From NCBI GenBank assembly GCA_023129535.1, contig JAGMBW010000116.1, positions 1-52,353 of the forward strand: DNA of 52,353 nt. The letters run 5' to 3'. Positions 9,718 through 19,103 of this stretch are shown here, in pieces. The DNA comes from Desulfobacterales bacterium. Lineage in GTDB: Bacteria > Desulfobacterota > Desulfobacteria > Desulfobacterales > C00003060. Position 1 is the stretch's first letter. Each line of letters starts with the position of its first letter. The translations under genes and the position numbers were made by a program. The notes under the pieces are model-generated. The model was not told the DNA's origin. It saw only the letters and a list, made by a program, of their open reading frames with translations, and did no database searches.

Positions 9718-11931
9718 TTATGCCGGCAATTCCACAATAAATTTTGTTCCCCTTGGTTGATTGTCGTGCACTCGGATAAATCCATTGTGGTCTTCAATAA
9801 TGGTGCTGACAATAGAGAGTCCCAATCCCATACCGGTCTTCTTGGTAGAAAAATAGGGTTCAAAGAGTTGCATCTTGTCTTCTGCTGAGATCCCGGTTCC
9901 TGTATCACTTATCTCCAGTCGCACAATTTTGAGAATCGGATCAAAGCTCAATGCCACCTCAATGAATCCCTTCCCGTCCATGGCTGCAATGGCATTATCA
10001 ATCAGATTGATCATGACACGTTTGATCTGCTGTTGGTCTAAATTAAGCTGCGGTATGTCCGGCTTTGAATTGACCTTAAACAAAATGTCAGGCCGTGCTT
10101 CCCGGTAAAGTGCCATAGCATCTTCTACGATTTCGGGCAACTGGCAGGGCTCAGGGTTTGATGCGGGAAGCCTTGCAAAGGAGGAAAACTCGTTCACAAG
10201 GTTTTTTATCTGATCTACTTGATCGATGATGGTCTGTGTGCATTCCACGAAAACAGAATTATCCCTTACAATTTGATCACCATATTTGCGCCTGAGTCTT
10301 TGCGCAGAGAGCTTAATAGGGGTGAGGGGATTTTTTACCTCATGGGCAATCCGCCGTGCCACCTCACGCCAGGCTGCCATCCTTTGGGCCTTTTCGATCT
10401 CCGTAAGGTCATCAAAAACAACGACCATCCCCATGTAACGATCTTTATCGTCTTTGAGGGCTGTGACGTAAACCATGAAGGTGCGGGCGGTCTCATCGAT
10501 GGTGACTCTCACAGGCCTTTCCACCGAGTTCTCAGGGCTACTTTCCACTTCCTCCAGAAGGTCTCTGCTCAATTCCAGGTATTGAGGACTTAGAATCTTT
10601 TTGTAGCTTCGATTCAGCACCTGTTCCCCTTTGAACCCAAGCATCTTTTCCGCTGACTTGTTGACAGTAGAAATAAACCCCGCAGCATCGATTGAAATAA
10701 CACCAGTGGAGACATTCCTTAAAACTGTCTCCATGTAAAGGCGCCTTTGTTCAATTTCAAGGTTTCGTATCCTGAGTTCCCGGGCTACGAGTTCAAGTTG
10801 TTGCTTGCCTGCTCTCAGATCGCGGGTCATCCTGTTGAAGGCATGGACCAGCGTGCCCATTTCATCATCGGTGACCTCGTTTATGGTAAAGTTAAGGTCT
10901 CCTTCAGCCACGCGCCGTGTTCCCTCGGCCAATTCCTGGATAGGAATCGTCAGGGTCCTTGCTAAGTAAAATCCAAACCACGTGGCGCAGAATATAATCA
11001 GCAGGGCCACAATGGAGAGTGTTATCAGGTGACTTACCTGGATGGGCCATTTCATCATCTTCATTTGTTGGTATTGATCAAACCCCCGGGAAATAGCGCC
11101 CATATTTTCTGAAAGACTAACAGGGATAACGGTGGTGACAGTCACCACACCAATGGCTTCATCCGGACCGGCATTGAATGGAATGCATCCAAGTGTTCTG
11201 ACTGTCTCACCTGAAGGGAGGTGGCCTGTCAGCGTGGTAAAGCTGACCCGGTGAATTTCCTTTTGTATTGCATCTGCTGAGACCGCATCAAACGGTGTTC
11301 CTTCCAGATTTGCATCGAGGGATAGTGCCAACCGCTCCGAGCGGGTAGAATAGACCTCGATCGCGTCGATGTTGAAAGCCCTCTGGGCAACCTGAATATA
11401 ACGGGTGAGGGCTTTTCTATTCCCTTTGTTCAGCAAATTCCTGTGTGCAATCTGATAGGCGATTCGTTCCAGATAGAAACGGTTGTTCTCCGCACACTGC
11501 TTATACATATATTTGCCAACGTCCAGGGATCTTTCCAGAGACTGTTCCACGGGCAAATTGAACCAGAACGCCACGCTGGAAGTTATGAATTGGATCGAAA
11601 AGAAAAAAAGAAGGATGGTCGGAATCAGGGAAAGGCTGGCAAACGCCACCACAAGCTTGGTTCGCAGCTTGGCCCCCATGACCTTTCGCTTTCGGTCGTA
11701 GAGAAGCTTCACCACGTTTCTAAAGACAAGAAAAATCAACAACAGCAACACAAGCATGTTGACGTTGATGAGGATGAACATGACAACCGTATTGGAGATA
11801 GGCAGGCCTGCTCCAAAGCGGATGACCCTGCTTTCTGCATAGAACAGGAGGCCAACCACCACGAGAAGAAGCAGCATGATGATTCGTTCACGCTTGCGGC
11901 GTTTGACTTCTTCTTCTGATATTCTTGCCAT
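9718..11931 (-). CDS. Sensor histidine kinase, NtrY-like (multi-TM, HAMP, PAS, HisKA, HATPase_c)
   Basis: H-box RIAHEVKNPLTPI, N-box LIDNAIAAM, and G-boxes DTGTGI / GMGLGLSIV. N-terminal TM helices and a HAMP after the second TM block. Confidence 0.88.
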   Translation of the reverse strand: MARISEEEVKRRKRERIIMLLLLVVVGLLFYAESRVIRFGAGLPISNTVVMFILINVNMLVLLLLIFLVFRNVVKLLYDRKRKVMGAKLRTKLVVAFASLSLIPTILLFFFSIQFITSSVAFWFNLPVEQSLERSLDVGKYMYKQCAENNRFYLERIAYQIAHRNLLNKGNRKALTRYIQVAQRAFNIDAIEVYSTRSERLALSLDANLEGTPFDAVSADAIQKEIHRVSFTTLTGHLPSGETVRTLGCIPFNAGPDEAIGVVTVTTVIPVSLSENMGAISRGFDQYQQMKMMKWPIQVSHLITLSIVALLIIFCATWFGFYLARTLTIPIQELAEGTRRVAEGDLNFTINEVTDDEMGTLVHAFNRMTRDLRAGKQQLELVARELRIRNLEIEQRRLYMETVLRNVSTGVISIDAAGFISTVNKSAEKMLGFKGEQVLNRSYKKILSPQYLELSRDLLEEVESSPENSVERPVRVTIDETARTFMVYVTALKDDKDRYMGMVVVFDDLTEIEKAQRMAAWREVARRIAHEVKNPLTPIKLSAQRLRRKYGDQIVRDNSVFVECTQTIIDQVDQIKNLVNEFSSFARLPASNPEPCQLPEIVEDAMALYREARPDILFKVNSKPDIPQLNLDQQQIKRVMINLIDNAIAAMDGKGFIEVALSFDPILKIVRLEISDTGTGISAEDKMQLFEPYFSTKKTGMGLGLSIVSTIIEDHNGFIRVHDNQPRGTKFIVELPA

Positions 11932-12013
11932 ATATATCTATGTCTCCGAGATTCTACAACTTGGTGAAATGACAACGCTTTGGTTTTCTATTTGCAATTG
12001 CAAGATAACGAAT

Positions 12014-12124
12014 GACGGAGTGTTGGAGTACTGGAGTAGTGGAAGATGTAAAATCCCGTATTAGATCGATCAGTCCATTACTCCATTACTCCATTACTCC
12101 ATTGCTCCATTACTCCATTGCTCC
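12014..12124. repeat. Word-repeat hairpin (GGAGT-type arm versus CCATTACT x6 arm)
   Basis: GACGGAGTGTTGGAGTACTGGAGTAGTGGAAG ... CCATTACTCCATTACTCCATTACTCCATTGCTCCATTACTCCATTGCTCC. Confidence 0.7.
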
Positions 12125-12150
12125 AATTGGGCGAAGCCCTGGGTTCGGTC

Positions 12151-12711
12151 TTAGTATATAAAATCGGTTGTGTACCAGTCAGTTTCAAAATCCCACAGAA
12201 ACAGGAAGAACCGAAATACATAATGCAGATAAAACGGGAGGGTGATCTTGCTGAGTTCCGCCTTTACCCTGACCTGGTAGCGGTGGTTCCTTTCAAGGGA
12301 TTCAAGCTTGGCAATTTTGAGATTCTCAACCTCGGCCATGATTCTTCTCGCCTCAGACAGCGTATTCACAATAACGGGTTTGTCACTCTGTTCGTTGCGA
12401 GTAATCAGAAACTCATTCTTCAGGCTATTGTATTTGACGGTGTGGCGGATCTCCAGGGTGGCAAGATTCTTGTCCTTCCAAAAACTCCGAACCTGACCAA
12501 GAGAGACCAGAAAAGTAAAGGTGGTGGGAACACCGTTCAAGATGGCCTGCTGGAGTTCTTCAGTGAAACAGCCCTGAACCCTGAAATACAATATGAGATC
12601 ATCCCTGGTGTTTGTGACGATGACGTCGGTTATCCTGGCATCTTGACCCCAGGCCACGCCCGAAACCAACAGAAGCAGCCAGAGTCCGAATATCAGAATC
12701 CTTTTCTGCAT
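12151..12711 (-). CDS. DUF4390-family periplasmic protein (usual partner of NtrY/NtrX operons)
   Basis: Signal peptide. ITDVIVTNTRDDLILYFRVQG...TFTFLVSL...RHTVKYNSL matches my memory of DUF4390. Sits directly upstream of the NtrY-like kinase. Confidence 0.7.
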   Translation of the reverse strand: MQKRILIFGLWLLLLVSGVAWGQDARITDVIVTNTRDDLILYFRVQGCFTEELQQAILNGVPTTFTFLVSLGQVRSFWKDKNLATLEIRHTVKYNSLKNEFLITRNEQSDKPVIVNTLSEARRIMAEVENLKIAKLESLERNHRYQVRVKAELSKITLPFYLHYVFRFFLFLWDFETDWYTTDFIY

Positions 12712-12734
12712 GTAAATTTACACCTAAAGTGATT

Positions 12735-12880
12735 GGTTCACGGTTCAAATGACTTTAGACAGGATTTACAAGATAAACAGGATATTTATTTGCCCCGCCG
12801 TTGGCGGGGCAGAAAAATCATGTAAATCCTGTTCATCCTGTCAAAATATCTTTTTAATGTTATGCCGTGAACGTTGAACC
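12735..12880. repeat. Three-tier nested hairpin
   Basis: GGTTCACGGTTCAA / CCGTGAACGTTGAACC; GACAGGATTTACA..AACAGGAT / ATGTAAATCCTGTTCATCCTGTC; GC core TGCCCCGCCGTTGGCGGGGCA. No U-tract on either strand. Confidence 0.8.
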
Positions 12881-12964
12881 GCTCAACCCAGGTTACAATA
12901 ACCAACCGGATTTCAAATTGCAAGGGATTTAGAGGGGACAGGACCAAGGTGAGACAACAGGGGT

Positions 12965-13816
12965 CTATACGGTTTCCCAGCAGGACTTTTGGTCGATGAA
13001 TCTTTTCAACAGGGCATGATTGAGGGCGTGCCCGGATTTGTAGGCGACAATGTGACCGATAAACGGCATCCCAAGCAACGAAAGGTCACCAATACAGTCG
13101 AGTACCTTGTGGCGCACAAATTCGTCTTCATAGCGAAGACCTTCCTGGTTCAATATCCTATCCTGGTCGATCACCACTGCATTTTCCAGGGAGCCACCCC
13201 TGGCAAATCCATTCCGCTTCAGATAATTAACCTCGTGCAAGAACCCAAAGGTTCTGGCCCGGCTGATCTCTTTTTCAAAAAGGGTATCGGTTAGCGAAAT
13301 GGTATATGACTGACGCCTTACAAGTGGATGGTCGAACTCTATGGTGTAAGAAATCTTAAGGGTGTCTGAGGGGTAAAGCCCGACTTTTTTGTCTTCATCT
13401 GCCATCTCAATCGGTTTCTTTACCACAAGAGTACAGCGCCTTCCTGACTGGGCCCTGATTCCGGCCTCTCTTAACATACACGTAAACGGCCCAGCGCTGC
13501 CGTCCATAATAGGGGCTTCGTATGCGTCCATCTCCACCAGGGCGTTATCAATGCAGAGGCCGGCAATGGCGGCCATCAAGTGCTCAATGGTGGAAATAAT
13601 CACGCCATCGGTTCCAAGAGTCGTTGCAAGGCTGGTGTCAATTACGTTTCGGAAATGGGCACTGATAACAGGTTTGTGGGGCAGATCGGTTCGAACGAAT
13701 TTAATGCCATGGTTGACTGGCGCGGGTCTGATAGTCAAATTGACACTTTTGCCTGAGTGAAGTCCGATGCCGACACATTGAACGGGCCGGGCCAGGGTCT
13801 GTTGATGGGGATGCAT
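12965..13816 (-). CDS. lpxC: UDP-3-O-acyl-N-acetylglucosamine deacetylase
   Basis: QQTLARPVQCVGIGLHSGKSVNLTIRPAP.NHGIKF.RTDL, HLMAAIAGLCIDN, and the C-terminal FVRHKVLDCIGDL..GH are typical LpxC blocks. Confidence 0.93.
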   Translation of the reverse strand: MHPHQQTLARPVQCVGIGLHSGKSVNLTIRPAPVNHGIKFVRTDLPHKPVISAHFRNVIDTSLATTLGTDGVIISTIEHLMAAIAGLCIDNALVEMDAYEAPIMDGSAGPFTCMLREAGIRAQSGRRCTLVVKKPIEMADEDKKVGLYPSDTLKISYTIEFDHPLVRRQSYTISLTDTLFEKEISRARTFGFLHEVNYLKRNGFARGGSLENAVVIDQDRILNQEGLRYEDEFVRHKVLDCIGDLSLLGMPFIGHIVAYKSGHALNHALLKRFIDQKSCWETV

Positions 13817-13900
13817 ATGACCTCTCCTTTTATGTCTCGGAATTTCTACAACCTATTGAACTTACAGGTCTTTTCGTTGTACTCAATATATGCCATCTAT

Positions 13901-13952
13901 GTGGAGTGATGGAGTATTGGAGTACCAGCACTCCATTTCTCCAATACTCCAG
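13901..13952. repeat. Word-repeat hairpin
   Basis: GTGGAGTGATGGAGTATTGGAGTACC / AGCACTCCATTTCTCCAATACTCCAG. Confidence 0.7.
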
Positions 13953-14380
13953 TTCATAGTTTCAGCAATAGACATACCACATCACAAGACATCATTGGAC
14001 CGACACCGGGTTCAAGAAATAACCCATTGAATATATTATAGGAAGTAGCATCGTGAGCTTCGACTTTTTTCAAACCTTGGCGCCATACCACACCCCGTGG
14101 TGTGTAGAAAAATACGCGTGCCAGGTGAAAGTTGTGTCATTTTTGCAACAAGTACCCTCCACCCACAATCATGCAGAATCACGGCTATCCTCACGTTTAT
14201 TCCACGGATGCGCAAAAATACTTGCCTTGTTGGTGGGTCTTTGCTAAACACAAAAAAATCGAGGTGTTATAAAACGGAACCGCTCGATTCCTTGACTTTA
14301 TTGCGTTTATCGGGTTAGGACAACAAACACAATGAACTCAACAAACACAAGAAACACAAAAGACACGAAGGGGGGTTACT

Positions 14381-15916
14381 TTGCTTTCCAGGGTTTTGAG
14401 CAGCGCCGTCCTTGGAGTTGATGCCTATACCGTGGAGGTGGAGGTTGATATTAGGCGAGGACTTCCAACCTTTGCCACCGTGGGCCTGCCAGAGGCTGCT
14501 GTAAAGGAAAGTAAAGACCGGGTCAAGTCTGCAATCAACAATTCTGGCTACAGGTTTCCAGATGATCGCATCACGGTTAACCTGGCACCCGCTGATATCA
14601 AGAAGGAGGGAACAGGTTTTGACCTTCCTATTGCACTGGGCATTTTGGCGGCCACAGGGGTCGTACCTCAAGGCCGACTCACCGAGTACCTGATCCTGGG
14701 TGAACTTTCTCTTGATGGACGGATCAAACCGGTGCGTGGCTCCCTCCCTGTGGCCTTGTTGGCTAAGAATTCCGGTTTTCGGGGCATGATTCTCCCAAAG
14801 GAGAATGCCCGTGAAGCTGCTGTGGTAGATGGCATAGAAGTTCTCTCTGTTCCTACACTGGGTGAGCTGGTAGAGTTTCTGTGTGGCCTGAGATTCATAC
14901 AGCCGGAATCTGTCGATGTCCAAACCGTTTTTCAGGGTGAATACCCAGATGAGATCGACTTTTGTGACGTTAAAGGCCAGGAGCATGTTAAGCGGGCTTT
15001 GGAGGTAGCAGCGGCAGGGGGTCATAACGTTATCATGACCGGCCCACCCGGGGCAGGCAAGACCATGCTGGCGAAACGCCTGGCAACGATTTTACCCCCC
15101 ATCACCTTTAAAGAGGCCATCGAAACAACCAAGGTATACAGCGTACTGGGGATGCTCAAAGAGTCTCAGGCATTGATTACAAATCGGCCCTTTCGTTCTC
15201 CACACCATACCATATCCGACGCAGGTCTCATCGGCGGCGGGCATATCCCGAGACCTGGCGAAGTGAGTTTAGCGCACAACGGGGTGCTTTTCCTGGATGA
15301 ACTGCCGGAGTTCAAGAAGAATGTGCTTGAGGTGCTGCGTCAGCCCATGGAAGACGGCTTTGTGACCATTGCACGAGCCCTTACCAGTATAACCTATCCT
15401 GCCACGTTCATGCTGGTGGCTGCCATGAACCCCTGTCCCTGCGGATATTTCTCTGACCCTAATCACGAGTGCACATGCACCTATACAAAGATTCAACGGT
15501 ACCGGTCAAAGGTCTCCGGTCCCCTGATGGACCGCATTGATATCCATGTAGAGGTGCCCGCGGTTCGCTATAAGGATCTGACCAGTCAACATGAGGCGGA
15601 AACGTCTGCTGATATCAGAGAGCGCATGAATCGGGCCCGTACAATACAATCGGAGAGGCTGAAGCGGACCAAGATTTACTGCAATGCACAGATGAACAAC
15701 CGCCATATCAAAAGATACTGTCCTATTGACGAAGAGTGCCACAGCCTCCTTGAAGCGGCTATCGACAAACTGGGGCTTTCCGCCCGGGCCTTTACCCGCA
15801 TCCTGCGAATCGCCAGAACCATTGCGGATCTCGAGCAGGCTCCAGACATCGCCGTGCACCACGTCTCAGAGGCCATCCAATACCGGAGCCTTGACCGGAG
15901 CAACCTATTTGCGTGA
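14381..15916 (+). CDS. comM: YifB/ComM-family Mg-chelatase-like AAA+ ATPase
   Basis: N-terminal Lon-protease-like domain ([29 protein letters not shown]), Walker [20 protein letters not shown], and a CPCGY zinc motif. TTG start. Confidence 0.9.
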   Translation: MLSRVLSSAVLGVDAYTVEVEVDIRRGLPTFATVGLPEAAVKESKDRVKSAINNSGYRFPDDRITVNLAPADIKKEGTGFDLPIALGILAATGVVPQGRLTEYLILGELSLDGRIKPVRGSLPVALLAKNSGFRGMILPKENAREAAVVDGIEVLSVPTLGELVEFLCGLRFIQPESVDVQTVFQGEYPDEIDFCDVKGQEHVKRALEVAAAGGHNVIMTGPPGAGKTMLAKRLATILPPITFKEAIETTKVYSVLGMLKESQALITNRPFRSPHHTISDAGLIGGGHIPRPGEVSLAHNGVLFLDELPEFKKNVLEVLRQPMEDGFVTIARALTSITYPATFMLVAAMNPCPCGYFSDPNHECTCTYTKIQRYRSKVSGPLMDRIDIHVEVPAVRYKDLTSQHEAETSADIRERMNRARTIQSERLKRTKIYCNAQMNNRHIKRYCPIDEECHSLLEAAIDKLGLSARAFTRILRIARTIADLEQAPDIAVHHVSEAIQYRSLDRSNLFA

Positions 15917-15959
15917 ACACTATTTCCCACCATCTCCTCGCCAACACTTTTAGGGGTGG

Positions 15960-17369
15960 TCATTGATCCATGAGGAGCAAGAAGACGGGTGCTGGAATCC
16001 CAAGGATTTGGTTATCGCGGAAGAACATATCCTTGGTAACCAGGATGCCCCGCCCAAAGGTTCTCTTCATAGTAGAATAATCACTGCGCATGATACTGCT
16101 CTGGAACTTGACTTCAACCGGAAAGAATGTGTCTTCATGAAGGGCCACGAAATCAATTTCTTTTCCTTTAGTAGATCTCCAGTAGAAGACTTTTTCTATA
16201 TTGCCCAGCCCTTCAAAAATCCGTTTTTCGAACTTCCGAATTAGATGGATGCCCACTGCAGCTTCCACGGCCTTCGCCTCGCCCCGGAGCATAGGAAGGC
16301 CTGCCTCGCGAGCAGCGAGATTTAGGATCAACGGGTCGGAAAAATAGAATTTCTTACCCTTGTTAGGGTTGGCCAGTTTCTTGTTCTTTTCCAGGAAATA
16401 GAGTACAGCCATCAAAAAGGAATCGGCCAACAGTTCAGTGTATTCCCTTACGGTTTTGTAAGATGGGGTATCAATTGGTCTGGCCAAGCTCTGCCAACTG
16501 GCCGGGGTTCCTGAAATCGACAGGATTCTGATCAGGACCTGTCGGAGAAGGATGCGGCTTTTTTTCATCTTTTCAAAATCGGAGCGAATTACCGTCAAGT
16601 AGGTTTCAAGTACATCCTCAGAAAGGGATCCTGCTCTCAGGAATTGCTCCACAGCCAAAGGAAATCCCCCCACAGCCAGGAAATTTGTTAGAAGAGACGA
16701 GAGTTTTGGGAGAAAAACATCGGTCTGGGACTTGAGTTTCTCAATCTCTTCCGGGAGTTCTAACAGGTCCTGGAACGAAGTCTTGGCTATAGAAACGGAT
16801 AAATCAGAACATTTTTCAACAAAATCGGCAAAACTCATGGGCAGTAGAACCTTGTCTGGGAAGATGGTTCTTCCCCGACGGCCGGGAAGTCTCTCTGCAC
16901 CCCGTTTGATATCTACTGCAGAAGAACCTGTAAGCAAAAAGGTAGTCGACTGGTCCCATCCAAGGTCAATGGCCTGTTTGACAGCAAGCTGCCAGTCACG
17001 TACCAGGGAAACTTCATCCAGAAAAACATATCGCCTCTTGAAGCTGAGTGGCTGGGAGAATTCCTGGTATTGCCTGACGAGCTGGAATGTCTCCTGTGCG
17101 CCCGGAATCAGGTCACAGGAATAGTAAAAAATGGCCCTTGGAGACACACCAGATTTCAAGAGATTGCGTATGATAAGCTTAATCAACGTGGTCTTGCCCA
17201 CCTGACGAGGGCCTCGAAGGGTGTACACAGCGTCTTGATTCAAATCAAATTCATTCAAAACGTCCGGCTGCCACCGAATCAGGGATTGCTCATAGGCCGA
17301 AACATATCGGTCTAATTCAATGCTTCCCGGGTTTTCCCACCAGGGATTAAACAACAATAGGTCGGGCAT
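15960..17369 (-). CDS. AAA_14 / DUF4143-type ATP-binding protein
   Basis: NPWWENP opening, Walker A GPRQVGKTT, Walker B VFLDEV, and a C-terminal DUF4143-like EIDFV..PVEVKF block. Confidence 0.8.
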   Translation of the reverse strand: MPDLLLFNPWWENPGSIELDRYVSAYEQSLIRWQPDVLNEFDLNQDAVYTLRGPRQVGKTTLIKLIIRNLLKSGVSPRAIFYYSCDLIPGAQETFQLVRQYQEFSQPLSFKRRYVFLDEVSLVRDWQLAVKQAIDLGWDQSTTFLLTGSSAVDIKRGAERLPGRRGRTIFPDKVLLPMSFADFVEKCSDLSVSIAKTSFQDLLELPEEIEKLKSQTDVFLPKLSSLLTNFLAVGGFPLAVEQFLRAGSLSEDVLETYLTVIRSDFEKMKKSRILLRQVLIRILSISGTPASWQSLARPIDTPSYKTVREYTELLADSFLMAVLYFLEKNKKLANPNKGKKFYFSDPLILNLAAREAGLPMLRGEAKAVEAAVGIHLIRKFEKRIFEGLGNIEKVFYWRSTKGKEIDFVALHEDTFFPVEVKFQSSIMRSDYSTMKRTFGRGILVTKDMFFRDNQILGIPAPVFLLLMDQ

Positions 17370-17716
17370 AGATTTTTCTGCAAATATTAGTTTCAGTAGT
17401 AATCAATTTGATACCATAATCAGTTACTCAGGTCCTCAAATAGCACCTTTGCACCATAAAAGTAAAGGAAAAAATTTTGCCATTTGCAAAAGCAATAGCA
17501 ATGGAAACAGCAACAACAAGGAAACAAGGAGCCTTCACAGGCTGTTTTTCCTTGTGCCTCAAGAAAAACATTAACCCTGTTAAATAGGGTTCCCTTTGGG
17601 ACACGAAGTGTATGTTTACAAGCCGTCAGGCGCAACCTTGCGCCAAATTCAACAGGGTCAACTGGGTTGTCTTCAAACAGTGGAAGGAAACGGCTTCTCC
17701 TGCCATTACCAATCAG

Positions 17717-17752
17717 ACCCGCCTGCCATTGCAAGGCACGAGCGGGCAGGTC
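17717..17752 (+). repeat. ACCCGCCTGCC..CGGGCAGGTC hairpin repeat, copy 1
   Basis: ACCCGCCTGCCATTGCAAGGCACGAGCGGGCAGGTC aligns base-for-base at both ends with 52307-52341. Confidence 0.65.
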
Positions 17753-18022
17753 GCCAGAGACTTTCCCCCTTTTATCAAAAACCACTTGACTGCTTAACCA
17801 CAGCCCCAGCGTCGGCCAAGAGAGGCCCCGTTACTGCACCTACGATCTCGCTCAGGCAATATCACGATATACAGCAATTCCATTCATCCCCGCATTTGCA
17901 CAAAGGAAGGACAAAAAATACCACGGCCGCTTTGCCAGCCTCACATCAAAGCCACCAAAGCTCCTGAAATCATGGCCTCCGGCTCGTAGAGCCTACGGCT
18001 CGGAGAGAACATCAGAAACAGC

Positions 18023-18124
18023 CCTGCCCGCTCGTGCCCCTGGTCTCCTCGCTCCGCGTACCCGACCGTCTGTTGTAATGGCACGGAGATTCGGCAGGCG
18101 GCTGGCTCGTAGTGGCAGGCGGGT
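18023..18124 (-). repeat. Inverted, expanded copy of the same repeat family
   Basis: CCTGCCCGCTCGTG (18023-18036) is the exact reverse complement of 17737-17750. GGCAGGCGGGT (18114-18124) is the reverse complement of 17717-17727. Confidence 0.6.
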
Positions 18125-18240
18125 CTATCCTGTTTATCGATGATTGTATAATGTCAGGCATGACTTCGAAACTTTGCTATGAAACGCTGGGCGCTTTAGA
18201 CAACCATGTCGATGGCCTTATATGGGTAAGCGCGGGGTGA
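18079..18240 (+). pseudogene. 3'-terminal remnant of a type-I phosphoribosyltransferase-fold gene (ComF-like?)
   Basis: The frame reads ..GGSILFIDDCIMSGMTSKLCYETLGALDNHVDGLIWVSAG*. ILFIDDCIMSGMT fits the PRPP-binding motif (hydrophobic x4-DD-x2-S/T-G-x-T). A stop lies at 18076 and I could find no plausible upstream continuation in any frame. Confidence 0.4.
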
Positions 18241-18397
18241 CAATCATGAGCCAATTATCCTTGCTTTTTTGGGATTTCTGAAATATTTTTTAATTGTTAA
18301 TAATTCCTTAGGCGAGACGATGGAAAAGAGGCCGGTGATCCCCCAAAAATGCCGTTCCTGTTTTTAATTGAGTCTATGCGGAAAGGAGAATGGTCTC

Positions 18398-18634
18398 ATG
18401 TGTACTTCCGTAAATGAACAGTATGTGATAGACGACAAAGGTAATCCCACCGCGGTAATCCTTCCCATAAAGGATTTTGAAAAGATCCTTGCCATTCTAC
18501 AGGAAGTGGAAGACCACAAGGAAACAAAAATACTTTCACAATCTGTAGAATTCAAAAAATTGGTCAAAAAGGGATTAGAGGACATCAAAAAAGACAGAAT
18601 CAAGCCCTGGAAGGAAGTCTGGAATGAGCTATGA
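18398..18634 (+). CDS. Type II antitoxin (Phd/YefM-like N-terminus)
   Basis: 78 aa. The ATG at 18398 follows AAGGAG. Contains PTAVILPIKDFEKILAIL. Overlaps the toxin gene by 11 nt. Confidence 0.7.
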   Translation: MCTSVNEQYVIDDKGNPTAVILPIKDFEKILAILQEVEDHKETKILSQSVEFKKLVKKGLEDIKKDRIKPWKEVWNEL

Positions 18635-18971
18635 GGCTTATTTGACTGAGACCTTCCAGAAGTCCGTAAAAATCCCGAGAAAGAAATACCGTAGTGTCAA
18701 AGACGACCTGTCAGATACGATCCAAATCTTGGAGCAAGAGCCGACTATGGGAGATCCGATTCCTGGCTGGAACAAGGAGATATGGAAAATAAAGGTCGCA
18801 AGCTCTGATGTCAGGAAGGGAAAACGGGGTGGCTTCCGATTGATCTACCTCTGGAGGGCTGGAGAACTTAGGATTTATTTTTTGGTGGCATATTTTAAGG
18901 GAGAAAAGGTCGATATTTCTAAGAGAGAGATAGAGGAGTTGCTCAAAAAGCTGAATCAGGAATTGGCGTAA
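18624..18971 (+). CDS. RelE/ParE-superfamily type II toxin
   Basis: 115 aa. KGKRGGFRLIYLW..IYFLVAYFKGEKVDIS is the typical RelE/HigB-like core. Confidence 0.8.
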   Translation: MSYEAYLTETFQKSVKIPRKKYRSVKDDLSDTIQILEQEPTMGDPIPGWNKEIWKIKVASSDVRKGKRGGFRLIYLWRAGELRIYFLVAYFKGEKVDISKREIEELLKKLNQELA

Positions 18972-19010
18972 AGATTCTTACCCCTATCGAGACGACACGA
19001 ACGATACCAA

Positions 19011-19070
19011 ACGCTCGTAGCTCTGGACAATCACGTGGATGGTTTGATATGGCTAAGTGCGGGCAACTAA
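19011..19070 (+). repeat. Second, diverged copy of the PRTase gene 3' end
   Basis: Reads TLVALDNHVDGLIWLSAGN*, against TLGALDNHVDGLIWVSAG* at 18184-18240. 39/54 nt identical but 16/18 aa identical. Confidence 0.6.
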
Positions 19071-19103
19071 AGCATATCAGATCCTCAATCCTTTTTATCG
19101 GAA

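Noticed and set aside
12118-12732. 204-aa plus-strand ORF
   Set aside because: It is fully antisense to the DUF4390 gene, which has a signal peptide, family-like blocks and operon context.
4033-13952. Considered whether the short tandem repeats could be CRISPR arrays
   Set aside because: The periods are 5-9 nt with no spacers, the arms are self-complementary, and there are no cas genes.
14105-14125. Sigma54-like TGGCAC-N5-TTTTT on the minus strand upstream of lpxC
   Set aside because: The -12 element lacks the TTGC core, and the site is ~300 nt from the start. It is not distinguishable from chance.
14315-15025. 236-aa minus-strand ORF
   Set aside because: It is antisense to comM/yifB, and its N-terminal part translates the AACAAACACA low-complexity run.
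17420-17967. ORFs of 121, 123 and 61 aa in the 17.4-18.0 kb gap
   Set aside because: They are mutually overlapping and cover the inverted ACCCGCCTGCC repeats. They have no RBS, and their composition is Cys/Gln/Arg-rich and non-protein-like. I also looked here for the upstream part of the PRTase pseudogene and could not find it.
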